DNA of 36,624 nucleotides from Perkinsus olseni (Eukaryota): NCBI GenBank assembly GCA_013115125.1, contig JABANN010000348.1, positions 1 to 36,624 of the forward strand, read 5' to 3'. Shown piece by piece: positions 21,087 to 32,899 of this stretch (position 1 is its first letter; each line of letters starts with the position of its first letter). The notes under the pieces were generated by a model. It saw only the letters and a program-made list of their open reading frames with translations, ran no database searches and was not told where the DNA came from. The position numbers and the translations under genes were made by a program.

Positions 21087-22619
21087 ATGTCTCATCCCCA
21101 GGTAGTCCAGGGAGTGGTGATAGGCCAACCTAAGCCTGCCAACCAGTACTACTATCCACAACAGCAACAACAACAACAACAACAACAACAACAGGCAACG
21201 TAATAAAGGAGAAGGGGAATGCTGCTGGTCATACTTTCTCGTCTGGATATTCGGAATAAGGAAATCTTTTCTCTGGTTTCGTGGGCTCTCGGGTCGAGGG
21301 GCTCCATTAGAATGCTCAATCGTCTGTGATATCACTATGTAACGCTCTTCTACCACTCGTCACAGAGGGCCTCCAACCCCACGACTGACCCGTTCTTTGT
21401 TACCCCACAATTTGGGTCGGTGGATATTACTCAAATCGTGGCGACGCGGTAGCCGCAACTGGGGTCCGACGACCTCTATTATGACAATCGATTGCTGCGC
21501 CATATCTCCTTGCATCGCCTAATGTCCTACCTTCTTCAGGTATGGTTACTACGAACAAAACTATGGATACTCTCAGACTTCGCCGCCGCCCCCTCCAGCA
21601 TACATCCAGGCGGCTGATGTAATGAGGGAGCCTCGGCAGCGGAGGGGAGGATGTTGTTGTCTATGTAGGTTCAAATAATAGAGTTTGGACCGGACACTTC
21701 GAAGGACGTTCGGAATAATTTCATAAAGAAGGTAGTATTGAACCGGGGACCTTCTGATGGTCGGCTGATAATACTATCGGGCAGACTACATGCCTTGCGG
21801 TGCGTGGCCTAAGTGATGCAGACGTGACATACCGCCAGAGTCTCGTGACATAACCTGGCGTTTATGTACTTGAGTGATGAGGAAGTGATTCCTTCATCTC
21901 CCGTGCATCCATAAGGTATTATTCTCATCAGGTGTACGGTATCCTCTGTGCCCAGTTGGTTGTAACATCAATGATAGCCTTCCCGTTTGTATACGGTAGA
22001 GATGATTGGGCATTGGAGTTTGTTAACGATTACGTCTGGGTTATGTGGCTGAGCATGGCAGTCATGTTCGCAACTCTCATCGTATTGGTATGTGTACCAA
22101 AAGCCAGCCAGAAGGTAATGACTATTGCCCTATCCCTGATGCCTTGTGAGTCTCTCGCCGCTGTAGGTTCCGATCAACTACATTCTTCTTTTCATATTCA
22201 CAGCCTCGATGGGCCTCATGATTGGCTTCATTTGCGTTTACTATGACACCGAGGCGGTCTTGATAGCTGCCGGCTCCACCGCAGCTGCAGTCTTTGTATT
22301 AACACTCTTCGCCTTCTTCATCAAGACAGATTTTACCGGTTATCAGCCCTTCGCATTGGTCCTCTTGATGGTACTGGTTTTCATGGGCTTGGTTATGATA
22401 TTCTTGCCTACTAACAGGTATCTTCAAATTGTATATGGATCTATAGGGGCGTTGGTCTTCTCGATATACCTGGTCATTGATACCCAAATGATTGTGGGTG
22501 GTAAGAATCGTAGGTCTCAGCTTGGTGTTGACCAGTACATAGCCGGGGCTTTGATGTTGTATATGGACATAATCAATTTATTCCTTTTTGTTTTAACGAT
22601 TGTCGGAGCTGCTCGATGA
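21087..22619 (+). CDS. TMBIM / Bax-inhibitor-1 family protein (lifeguard-like) with Q/P/Y-rich N-terminus
   Basis: Exons 21087-21101, 21147-21199, 21540-21618, 21669-21731, 21932-22114 and 22167-22619 are in frame. Motifs VRNNFIKKVYGILCAQL, PINYILLFIFT, KTDFT, YLVIDTQMIVGG and QYIAGALMLYMDIINLFL. Confidence 0.93.
21159..21194 (+). repeat. (CAA/CAG)n coding poly-Gln tract
   Basis: Twelve Gln codons in exon 2 of the TMBIM gene. Confidence 0.9.
21735..21758 (-). pseudogene. Truncated tRNA variable-loop/T-arm fragment, antisense at the 5' end of TMBIM intron 21732-21931
   Basis: Minus strand ATCAGAAGGTC CCCGG TTCAATA C. The 3' stem is cut off by the splice donor. Confidence 0.5.
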
Positions 22620-23061
22620 GTAGTAATGGTAGTAGTAGCATTGATATGCTTGTACTCTTGCTCTCTTACGATTCCTCTAACTTCCTAGGAGGTGGAAGAT
22701 TTTGTATTTCGTCAGACGAGAGGTTGAGTATGTCAATGTACCAATGACCACCTGAAAGTCGCCGTTCTCTTCGTGGTTTGCTGACAGACCACTGACTTTC
22801 CTCGATCGATCCTCAGGTAACGACGCAGACCCTCGGATAGGGTAGAGTAGCTGCCTGGTGTGCTGCGGCTTTCCCTCGCAAAGTAGGCAGACAGCCATGC
22901 TCCGCCGATTCTGACAGGCATGTCGCATCCGCCATGCCGTTTCAATGGGTTAGCTCTGCCCGAACTTAGTATTAGCTGCCAGTGATTAGCTAGTGCTGAT
23001 TATTGCAGTACTCCACCAGTGAGCCTTCGCGGATAGTTTCAGTTGAGCTCCGGCCGCCTCT

Positions 23062-26000
23062 ATGGCAACCCAACTACCACCATTGAATGCAGCAGGCCTC
23101 CCGAGCGGAGGGGCCGCCGGTAACTTCAGAGCTGAGCTCGGTGGAATCTCACCGAAGTCGCCGGAGGGATCGAACCCTGAGGTACACCACCGAAAACTCG
23201 CAGGCATTGGATAGTCTTTCTCCCTTAAGGTAGCGACTGGCGGTCTCCGATCTCATCGACGGGTCCGCTTATCAAGAGAGCCTCCCTACGAGGATGAGGC
23301 GGCCGGGATCAGCACGCTGCGGCAACAGGTGAGGCCCTCCGTCCGACTACGGTGGACGCTGTGGGAGTGCACTATGGGAGTGTGTACAGTCTGGCACGAA
23401 AGGATGCCGCAAACGGGAAGTGATGCCGCTATGGCGTCACTCATAGCGAGGACAGCGGTCGAACTTTTGAAGCACAGAGCTAGTATATGCCCGCTGTTAC
23501 TTCCGTCGTCACTTGACATAGTGGCTTCATGTAACACGAGTCGTGTTGCATTCCTTCGTTACTGAATTACTATCACCATCAGATGGCGTATATAGTGGAA
23601 CGTCTGGAGAAGCAAGAAGAAAGGTTGGAGGCTGTTGGTGAGAGGATGGATGCGCAGAACCAGATTGATGGGCAGCTGTTAAGGAAGCTTCAGAGGCAAA
23701 TATCAATGGTAACGTCAGTATCGGCTACGAGAGGACATCAACCATCATAACGCTTCCTAATTGACACTCAGGAGTACCTTCGTAGTCGTTTTGCCGGAAT
23801 AACGCTCGTACCGGTATAGTGTAGTTGGTGATGAATTAAGATTATCACTGATAGGAGTGGTCGGGGACATGGGCATGTGGGCGTTGACGTCCTCGGCGTC
23901 ATGAGCTGCGTCTTAGATAAGCGAGCAGGCCCGTACCGAGTTCACAACGATGGCACGGCAGCTGCGTGGTGCGAGTAGAGCGCAGGTTGATCTGCGGACT
24001 CGAGTGGCAGCCATAGAGGCCGACAGTGAAGGGATGGCGGACCATAGAGTGGAGGCCGTCGCTCAGAAGATCATCGTTCAAAGTAGGGAGGCTCTTGAGA
24101 TGTCTTTGGCAAGCATGGTGGCAGATGGTCTGATGACGACCGTCGAAGAGCAAGGGGAAGTATTGGCTGAGTTGAGGGAGCAGATGAGTCGATTGAGTGT
24201 CGGCCTGTTGGGAGTTGGAGGTAAAATGGACAGCATCATGGAGAAGGGCGGCCAGGGTAGTACCACGGGAGAAATACAAGGAGCGCACCGATTGGTGGAG
24301 TAGGTGGAGATGTTCCGGAGGGTAGGGTCCCGAAGTCCTCTCCTCTGGATGCTGCCGCTGTGACTAGCCTTGTATCACGGCAAGTAGCTGCAGTGAAGGA
24401 GGCGTGCTCTCTCGAGGTGGCCCGACGATACGACGATCTCCTTGCATTGGTGAGGGAGAGACCTCTCCTCGGTTGGCCTGATCAACTCATGTGATTATCA
24501 GTTATCATCTGCACGAACCGAGATAGAAGGGGATGTGGCTAGAGCACGAGAGACGGCAGTAGCAGAGGCTACTAAGGGAAGGGAGGAGGTGGGGTTCCTC
24601 GTAAACTGACTCTCACTCACCCAAAGATCTGTCCCCAGGCTGTACGGCTGATGCACGACGACCTCGTCAGCCTCATACGAACTCTAGTATCCGAACAGCA
24701 GCGCCGGTCCGAAGCCGCCACAACGGAACTACGGGATAAGACCACAGCTCAGGTGGCCGAGCTGAGGAAATCTCTAGCTGCCTTGGAGGTGACCGGACTT
24801 ATCTGCTCGCGATTACCTCTTCTCTTCTAGGGCAGAGTAGAGTCGGCTGGTGCGGACTCGAGGGTTGCAACGAGATCAGCAATGCAGGCATCACAGCAGC
24901 TGGAGGCAAGTGGCTGCTGTACTCGGGGGATGCCCACTCCCTCATATTAGACCCTATCGAGGGTTATAGCGGAGGTTCATGGGAGGAGCTTTGATGCAGA
25001 CCAAGCCAAGGCAATGAAGGGTGATATCCTGGAGAAGATGGCGACCTTTGAAGTACCAATGTGTGCAGCAGATTCCCTCATCGTCATGTACCGCTCACCT
25101 GTTCGTACAGGTAACGATGCTTGAGTCACTGAGGGGCACTCGGAAGGAGGTATCGGCGGCTCAGCAAGCTCTTAGTGATGCCCTTGCGAGGGAGGCCTCC
25201 CAGAGGGCGGAGGAGTGCCACAGCCTGGCCGCCTCCTTCCGGGACGCCATCAAGGGCGTTGCGGCAGCGCAAGTAGTGGAGGTCTGTCACGAGGTGGATG
25301 AGCTACGCTGGAGTAGGTCACCAGTACCCGGGAGATACAGAAACAAGTAGACTCTATGAAGACGAAGATGCAGAGGAGGTCGGCTGATGACGCTGAGCGG
25401 GCTGATCGGCTGAGCAGGTGCTGGTGCCCCAGGTCCTGCTTTTGGTGGACCTCTTGGTCAGATATGTTGATGATAAGCTCGGCAGTCTGACATCAACTGT
25501 AGCCTCGAACTACGATGAGTGTTGTGATAAAGTGCAGGACCTCGGTGAGAGGTTGGGCGATATCTCGATCGCAGGCAAAGAGAACTTGGAACAGCTCGAA
25601 CGGAGACTGAGGGAAGTACGTCCAGAGCACAAGGATCGCTCTTCTAGTCTGTATCCTCTACGCAGGAGGTGGAGGCAGCCTCATCGGCTGTTACGAAGAG
25701 TGTTGGGCAGACGAGGGAGCTCCTCGCATCAGAAGTGTCCCGGCTCGAGGGAATGGTAGCAGGCTTGGCAACTCGCCTAGACGCCGGTGGGGAGGTTGAT
25801 AATAAACGGTATGGCCGCCTAGTGTTGGCCATCAGTAGTGGCAACGTTCCTGCCACTGGCAGATCCAGTGAATGGCAGCGGCAGTGCGAGGGGAGAGTGT
25901 CGGAGGTCTCGGATGCTTGTAGAAGATTGCGAGACTCGATCATTGAGCAGAGAGGAGCTCTCGACGCGAAAATACGGGAGGAGACAAGGAAGGTCGAAGC

Positions 26001-29000
26001 ACAGTGCAAGAGAGCCGTCGATCGGGCAGCTGAAGAGGTAAAGCGGACCTCTGAGTGGAACTGACGGAGGTGTGGTAGAATCGACAACATGTGGCCGACG
26101 AGGGAGCACTGCGAGAGGAGAACCTGCACCGGCGCATCGCTGGCCTTGTAGAGGAAGAGGAGGAGAAGCGGAGGGCGATGAATGGTAGGAAGGGGTCTAA
26201 CTCTGCGAGACTTGGTATCCAGCACTGCTGGGCCAGCACTGCTCCGCTTGGCACCGTCAGGTCATCTAGAGGCGATGGAAGGGAAATTGGATGATAAGCT
26301 CGCTCAAGCTTCTCAAGGAGTGGCCAGGCACCTCAATGATATCCGCTTGGCTGTCGATAAAATGGCGAAGGCCAGCCATGAATGTGTTGACCAGCAGGTA
26401 GGAAACTGATGGTTGGCAACGAGACTCTATCGACTCGACGGCATTGAGTCTCATCGTCGTGCAGATGTCGACTGGTGTTTGGTGCGATCAGGTTAGCCAG
26501 CTACTCAAAGCTAGCGAGAGCAGAATCATCGCATCCTGCGAACATCTCATGGAAGTTGAGAAGATGAGAGTTGATGAGCTCGTGGAGGGGCAGAGCGAGA
26601 AGAGTGAGAAGCGTTGGGCGAAGAAGGAGGAGGAGAGGTGGAATATGGTGGGCAGTACCTGTGGCCGTAGAGTGTCGGATGGGGACCTCAGATGTGCAAG
26701 ATGGTCCAGGATGTGGATGACAAGTTGACCCTCACCAGAGTGAATCTTCAAGAGGACATTCAAGTGTCTTCTGAGAGCCTCGGTGGCGAAGTCGAAGCCA
26801 TAGATAAAGCGTTACGATCTGTAGAGGATCTGGTCAAAGGTGAGACCTCCTACAACGCAACTGAGAGGCAAATGAAGGCTTCATGATAGGCGGCAATCGT
26901 ACATTACAAGAGAGTATTGATCGTGCTGTAAAGGCCTTACACAGCGCTGACGCGCATCAGAAGAGGCGATTGGAGGCGACCAAGGAGGCAATCGTAGAAC
27001 GAACTAGAGTGATGGACGAGGCCACGAGGATGTGAGGGGCGATTACACACTATTGTCCACCCTGGGATGCTCCAGTTATCAGGTTGATCGATGAGGTGTC
27101 GATGAGATTAGAATCGCAGAAGGACGAGGCAGACGGGAAGATTCACCTGCTTGATGAACGAATCCAAACTCAAGTAGTCCATGCGCCACGGAATGGCTAC
27201 TGAGGTCGGAAGGCACTAGGTCACCACAGCGGCGACTAAGATATCATCCGGTATCTCCAGCGTACAGCGATGCTTGCAGAGTTTAGGCCAAGCAGTATCC
27301 TCGAGTACTCATGTAAGATACAAATAAGATAACACGGAATGGCTATGTATTAAGGGTAGGAAATTAGCTCACAAATGGCGAGACTGTCGGCAGAGAGCGC
27401 TGCTAAAGCTGAGAGGAATGAGACTGATATTGAGAGGAGCAGACGGGAGATATCTGATAAGTGAGGATTCGTAGCAGATAGACTCGGGTAACGATGAGGT
27501 GCCCCCTGAATAGCAGTCCACCATGTGGTGGGGGCACGTGTATCCGCACACCACTACATCACATCTCTTTTCGGCCTCTAGAGGTCCTGCAGTACGAAAG
27601 TCCCGTTGGGCCAACTAACGTTTGAGGGCACTGCCAGCAGCTTGTTGTCACAGAGGGTGTGCTCAGATGTGCTGCGATTGACGCGCAACTTCGCCATTTG
27701 ATATCGTCTCTCGGCGCTCGGACGCATGAGCAGATGGAAAGCCTCCATAAAAACCTCTACCATAGTCTTGAAGAGAGTACGGGTTCAATCCAGCGAGGTG
27801 ATTACGATTAGATAGTAACCAGCAAAGAGAGAGGCTACTCTCGCTGCTACGTAGATATCGCAGCTATTAACGCGGCCATGGAAAAGATGGGTAAGGAGGT
27901 TGACGATCGTGAACTTCAACTGGCTAGAGAGATCGAGAGGCAAACAACTTTCATGAAGGTCGAGCTGATCAGCGGTCAGGGTCGTTTGACTCCCGACGCT
28001 TGTTAGGCCTCGATGAGGTCGATCGGGGACGAGCTGAGAGGAGAGGTGGCTCGTTTGGATGAGGACATCACCTCTTCGACGAAGAACTTGGGGGAGAAGC
28101 TTCAAGCGGCGACGGAAGATCTAAAGGTGGTGACTGTGCCCAGACTGTTCTGGGTCCCAATCTAGTGTGTTGGTCATTAGAGGACAGCTAAGTCAACTGA
28201 GCAGCATCTACTCTCGCAGAAGGTGGACGCCATTAAAGATGATATGGACGCTTACATCAAACGTCTACAGGTGGGTGCTGTCTTTCCTAACCTCCACCAT
28301 AGTGGTCCTCAGGACGATATCGATAACACTAGAGAGGCATGCGAGGCTATAGTAGGGGATGAATCAAGTAGACAGAGTGTGGCATTGAGTGAGACTGCTG
28401 GACAATTGAAGGTGATGATAATTACCGACCGATTGATAGTTGCCGCTGGAGGTATCACATTATCAGAGGATGCTCGAGGATCGTACAGTCATGCTGAAGC
28501 AGAAGAATACTATAACCAAGGATGAGGTACAGAAATTGAGGGAGAATCTGGGTAGGTTCGCATTCTCGCAGTGATTAATCGTACCGCTCCATTCGGAATT
28601 CATGATCATTTGCTCAGATAGCATGTCAGCTGCTGTCAGAGCTACCCTCGAGGTTGACCGAGAGAGATCCGCGATGGAAGCTGAAGAGAGGTGGGTGTCT
28701 GTGCTTGGTAGATCAGGAAGGAAGCAGAGCGAACGGCGGACGTCTCCTGTCTAGGTACACGCATATTGAGGATAAACTCCTCAAGGTGGAAAACACCACG
28801 GAGGCATTCAGACACACCATCCGAAGGGAATGGGAATCGGCAAAGCAGGGGATGTCTACCACCGTGGCAGACGCGGTGGGTCGGCAGCAGCAGCAGAACT
28901 CGTGACTGAGTATCATTATTGTATACGACTAGGTGAAAGGGCATGTCGAAGACGTCAACAAGACTATCGCTAGTATTCAATCGGAGCTAACTAGGATGAC

Positions 29001-29460
29001 GGACAGTCATCGTGATATTGACCTCAAGCCCACTAAGGGAAGCGAGAGAATATCCAGCAGCGCGAGAGAGCAGCGGATAGGAAAGCTCGGTGAGGAAGGA
29101 GCCCGCAGACCATCGGGAAACACCGTTGAGGCCGGAAAGATTAGCGGCGAATCAAACTCAGAGTTGACCGGAGTTCATGAGGAGGTACATGATGCTACAG
29201 GGGAAGCTGAGCTAAGCAACGACCCCGTAGAGGAAGCTACGCTTGAGACGAGCGCGAATCTAGAGACTGGAGCCAAGAGTATAGAGGCTGGAGCCAGAAG
29301 CGACGGTATCGCTGAAAATGCTGCAGGGCAGCTGGCAGACAACGACTGGCAGGAAGAAGGAATGTTTAGTAGTGCCGAGGATCTGCCAGATGGAGGACGA
29401 AGAGAGGCACCCTACGAGTCTCCAGGAAATAGTCCCATGATCCATCATGACGCAGCATGA
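23062..29460 (+). CDS. Very large multi-exon coiled-coil protein
   Basis: Starts MATQLPPLNAAG. Many short exons are separated by ~45-60 nt introns and encode E/R/A/L-rich heptad-like sequence (VERLEKQEERLEAVGERMD, VDLRTRVAAIEAD, VSRLEGMVAGL). Ends in an acidic disordered exon with stop at 29460. No catalytic motif seen. Confidence 0.8.
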
Positions 29461-29659
29461 TTTATCGAGTGTCTTCAGATCTTGAATTTATCAGTGTTGA
29501 GCTGTGAGATCCAGACCCTCGTGGGAGGCGTACCAGGCCACTCACAAGCTGCAGAGAATGTGATACCAGCCCTCACGAGATGGTGCTGTATCACTACGTG
29601 AATGGAACCGGCATGCATCAATTGTGATAATTGATTGTCCGGTGTCTATGCTTGAGTGC

Positions 29660-31000
29660 GCCTAGCTCTGGCATAAAGGTGGAACGTTGCCACCTACAGG
29701 CCTTTTAAAGCCATGGGCCCGAACCTCTAGTCCATTGGACTGCTGCCGCCGATGTGTTCCGAGGGTGATGCGTAACACTCATAGCACTGCTCTTTGGGCC
29801 CATGGACAAGGGGTCCTCATAATCGTTTACCCAAGTCCCTTGAACGAACAAAAATTCTGAGTACGGCACTGTATTGGAAAGCACATGTGCTTGGAGGTAC
29901 AGTTCGAGCCGGAGTCGTTACCTCACCTTGCTCGTGACGAGCAGCTCGTCCCCTTTTTTGTGTTTGGCACACAACTCGGTCGGTCTCAGCTAGCGGCAGG
30001 TGTCAGCGCATTGCAGGACTCTTGTGCGCGCTCTGACCATTAGTTCCATGCATACTGTGACGCTCAGACCAGTTACTGTGGCGAGGGTGCCCAACACACC
30101 GATCGTTGTCAAGATGATAGCCCAATCCTGTGGTGTCTTGTGTTCGAGTCGAGGTTTGGCACGCGAAGGCAATGAACTGTACTAGGCTCAGTACTACTGG
30201 TTTGATGTGCACTGATTGAAACTGCATCAATTGACACTGTTTGGGTTGCAACTTTAACAGTGTCAAATTGACACCGGAATCTCAGAATTCAAATCTGTCT
30301 GACTGGGACTGTCCGAGTCGGACGGTCTGAGCTGTCGGGAGTGTACAGGGGAACCTCTAGCAATATCCGCTCGACGACACCGTGGTACTGTGCCGTATGG
30401 TCTTGCGGGCGAGGTGGTCGTCCTTCTCGCAATTCTTCGCATTTTTCGAGAGGAGAACGTAGACGAGGTTGAACGATTGGAGCAATCGTGGATGTAAGAT
30501 CCTTGGAGAGAATGACTAGTACCGTACTATTAGTACGGGAGAGTGCGCGGAAGGGGTAGAATAAGACAAGCGTGGACGGAACAATTCGTTCCAAGCAGCG
30601 TCGAAATTTCGGCTTCACTTTCGAGATGTAATGTACAATGCGGTCAAAAAACAATGAGATGATTCGATAGGCCTATGGTTGCTCAAGTTGAGCAGCTCAA
30701 CTTACACTGTAGGCCCAATTACCGGGCGCATGATTCTCTTGGAGCATTAGACCTGATTCAGGTCACCTGAATATCAGTCATGATAATACAATATCATTAT
30801 GGCATTGATACTATACCTATGTATAATGATATTCAATGAATCTCATATACATCGTCAGCCGCTTGGACTTCTTGAGCCGCAGCACCTCAGCTGCTTGTAC
30901 CAGCGTCATAGTCCCAGTGCCAGTGCACGTTGTTGATGCGAAATTCGCAGTACGAATCCATAAAACATAACCCAAATCCGCAAGCGCCGACGAAAAATCA
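29660..31000 (-). mobile_element. Possible decayed MULE/Mutator transposase
   Basis: Collinear degenerate pieces: QAAEVLRLKKSKRLTMYMRF; VHYISKVKPKFRRCLERIVPSTLVLFYPFRAL (position of D...P...CxFH, with key residues lost); YSEFLFVQGTWV...PRNTSAAA; HGFKR...VPPL. Broken by stops and frameshifts. Confidence 0.4.
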
Positions 31001-31055
31001 CCCTCCCCCCTGGCGATGGCAACTCAGGATAAAAGGAATAGGTGGTTCCAAGTAC

Positions 31056-31097
31056 AATGGTAATAATTTATTACCATTACGTTATTATTAATAACGT
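31056..31097. repeat. Two abutting perfect palindromes with 1-nt centres
   Basis: AATGGTAATAA-T-TTATTACCATT (31056-31078) followed directly by ACGTTATTA-T-TAATAACGT (31079-31097). Confidence 0.95.
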
Positions 31098-31780
31098 CAA
31101 ACCACGAGCATCATCATAGCTGTTGGCCGTGAGAGGATGACGAAACTGTTTTGGCCACGTGCTTAAATCCTCGGAGTAGACATAAGTCGGTGGATGTAAC
31201 ACACCTCTAGACTAGGGGCCCTAGTAGGGTGCGTTGAAGGCGTGAGAGAGGAGCTGCTACCACTGTGACCGCGCGACCCAAGGGGAATGAAAGTGAATTA
31301 TGTCTATAAGTGGACCAACTTAGGAACTGTAGCTACTGATCGATCGATTAGAAACGCTCTGTAGCTGATTGTATGCATTGCTTGTATCTCGCATTGACCT
31401 ACAAAGCGGCTTGCCGCGGAGCGTGAGTGAGCTCGCCATGTGATTGGCAATTTTTAATTGCGAACTTGTGTGTTCTACACATGCCCCATCATGACGGTTC
31501 ATCTCGGGGGCTCTGTATATCTCGGGGGTATATCTTCTATGGAGATTCCCCATTGGTGTAGACTCCTCCGAGCATGAGATAACCGGAGTCAGAATCACCC
31601 GATGATACCCCGCTCCTATGCCCATATTATGGGCCCCATAACTCACGGAAGAGTGAGTCACTGTCCATGCCTCGCCATCTTCGCTTCTCGTCTCAGTCAG
31701 ACCTTCACTTCCGATTTCGCTGGCGAGATCTTGAGTCTCATAATCAGACTCTTATGATAAAAGTCTTATATCCCAGCGAG

Positions 31781-32027
31781 CGGGGGGGGGGGGGGGGGGG
31801 GGGGGCCCCCCGGGGGGGGGGCCCCCCCCCCCCGCCGCCCCCCCCCCCCCCCCCGGGGGGGGGGGCCAGAATCGGTGGGCAAAGCAATCTTGTTGACNNN
31901 NNNNNNNCGCCTCTCAACCCTCCTTCCTCCCTCGCAGTCGGGCGTGGGTTTTTTGTATTAAAAAAACATTTTTTTTTTTTTTTTTTAAAAGCCCCCCCCC
32001 CCCGGGGGGGGGGGGGGGGGCGGGGGC
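31781..32027. other. Assembly gap (N 31898-31907) with low-quality homopolymer-rich read ends
   Basis: Long G, C and T runs on both sides of the Ns, typical of degraded contig ends. Confidence 0.9.
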
Positions 32028-32032
32028 GCCTA

Positions 32033-32095
32033 CAGGTCCTTGTCCACCATATCTGTGGCCTCAGTGAGGCCACAGATATGGTGGACAAGGACCTG
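32033..32095. repeat. Perfect palindrome, 31-bp arms, 1-nt centre
   Basis: CAGGTCCTTGTCCACCATATCTGTGGCCTCA-G-TGAGGCCACAGATATGGTGGACAAGGACCTG. Confidence 0.97.
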
Positions 32096-32479
32096 ATCTA
32101 GTACGGTCAACGCCCCCTTCATGTCCTAAATATCATTGAGTTATGATAGTTAGGTTCGAGCATCCATGCTTTAGACAGTGCAGCGCAGTTGCAGCGTATC
32201 TTCACGCAGCTGGATAGCACATCAGTATCAGTTCTGCGGAATGGCGCCGCCCGGTGATTCCGTAATTCTCGTACTCCATTCAGCCCTAATAACTGGTGTC
32301 TGACATACTGATGTTCCCATAGTGAAATTCCCGCTCGGCTTTCTCGATGAGGGTTTGGGAACAGATGCATTGATCGGATACATTGATAGGATCGTTACCA
32401 ATAGTTTCCTGTGATAGAACACTAACCACAGGTCCCCCAAACATAAGCAGAACTCCTACCAATGATCGCGTGGATACCG

Positions 32480-32720
32480 TGCTTGCATGTAACGCCACGC
32501 TAAGTCCACCACCGGACAGGAGTCCACGGTCGCCTCGCATCATTGATGGGGAGCATGATACGAGAGCGTTCACGAACGGTAGCTAAGGTGAGTGGCAGTG
32601 CGGTAATAACTATTGAACGCGGGGGGGGGGCGACAAATACTATCCACTGCAAGCGTCGACGAAGGTGATATGCACTACGGGATAGATCGGGATACACGTC
32701 ACGTGTGACACGAGCCTTGA
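32480..32720 (-). mobile_element. hAT transposase C-terminal dimerisation-domain relic
   Basis: DVYPDLSRSAY...VITALPLTLATVRERS, then after a frameshift MMRGDRGLLSGGGLSVALH. This follows the hAT pattern yP.L..a...l..P.t.a..ER.fS.....R..Ls. Confidence 0.5.
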
Positions 32721-32899
32721 TCTGTCGTCGCATAGTAACCAAAGCAACAGTCAGATACCAAGAAACGCTCACTAATCCCAGGGCTCGTCGAACTGGCACT
32801 CTTCCCAGCACCTACGCAGCTCGTCCACGCTCTTGCCCGCCTGAGCTCTGAGAAGCGCGAAAGCATTTGACTCATCTACCGCATATGTCTATCGAACAT

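Noticed and set aside
23165-23182. Antisense B-box GGATCGAACCC
   Set aside because: Inside coding exon 1 of the coiled-coil gene (EGSNPE) and lacks the AGGTC context. Similar exonic hits at ~16121 and ~27781 were also dropped.
23815-23832. A-box-like TAGTGTAGTTGG at an intron start
   Set aside because: No D-stem complement or downstream tRNA structure; the A-box consensus is too degenerate to call.
31667-32101. Gly/Pro-rich ORFs on both strands
   Set aside because: Products of homopolymer noise around the assembly gap.
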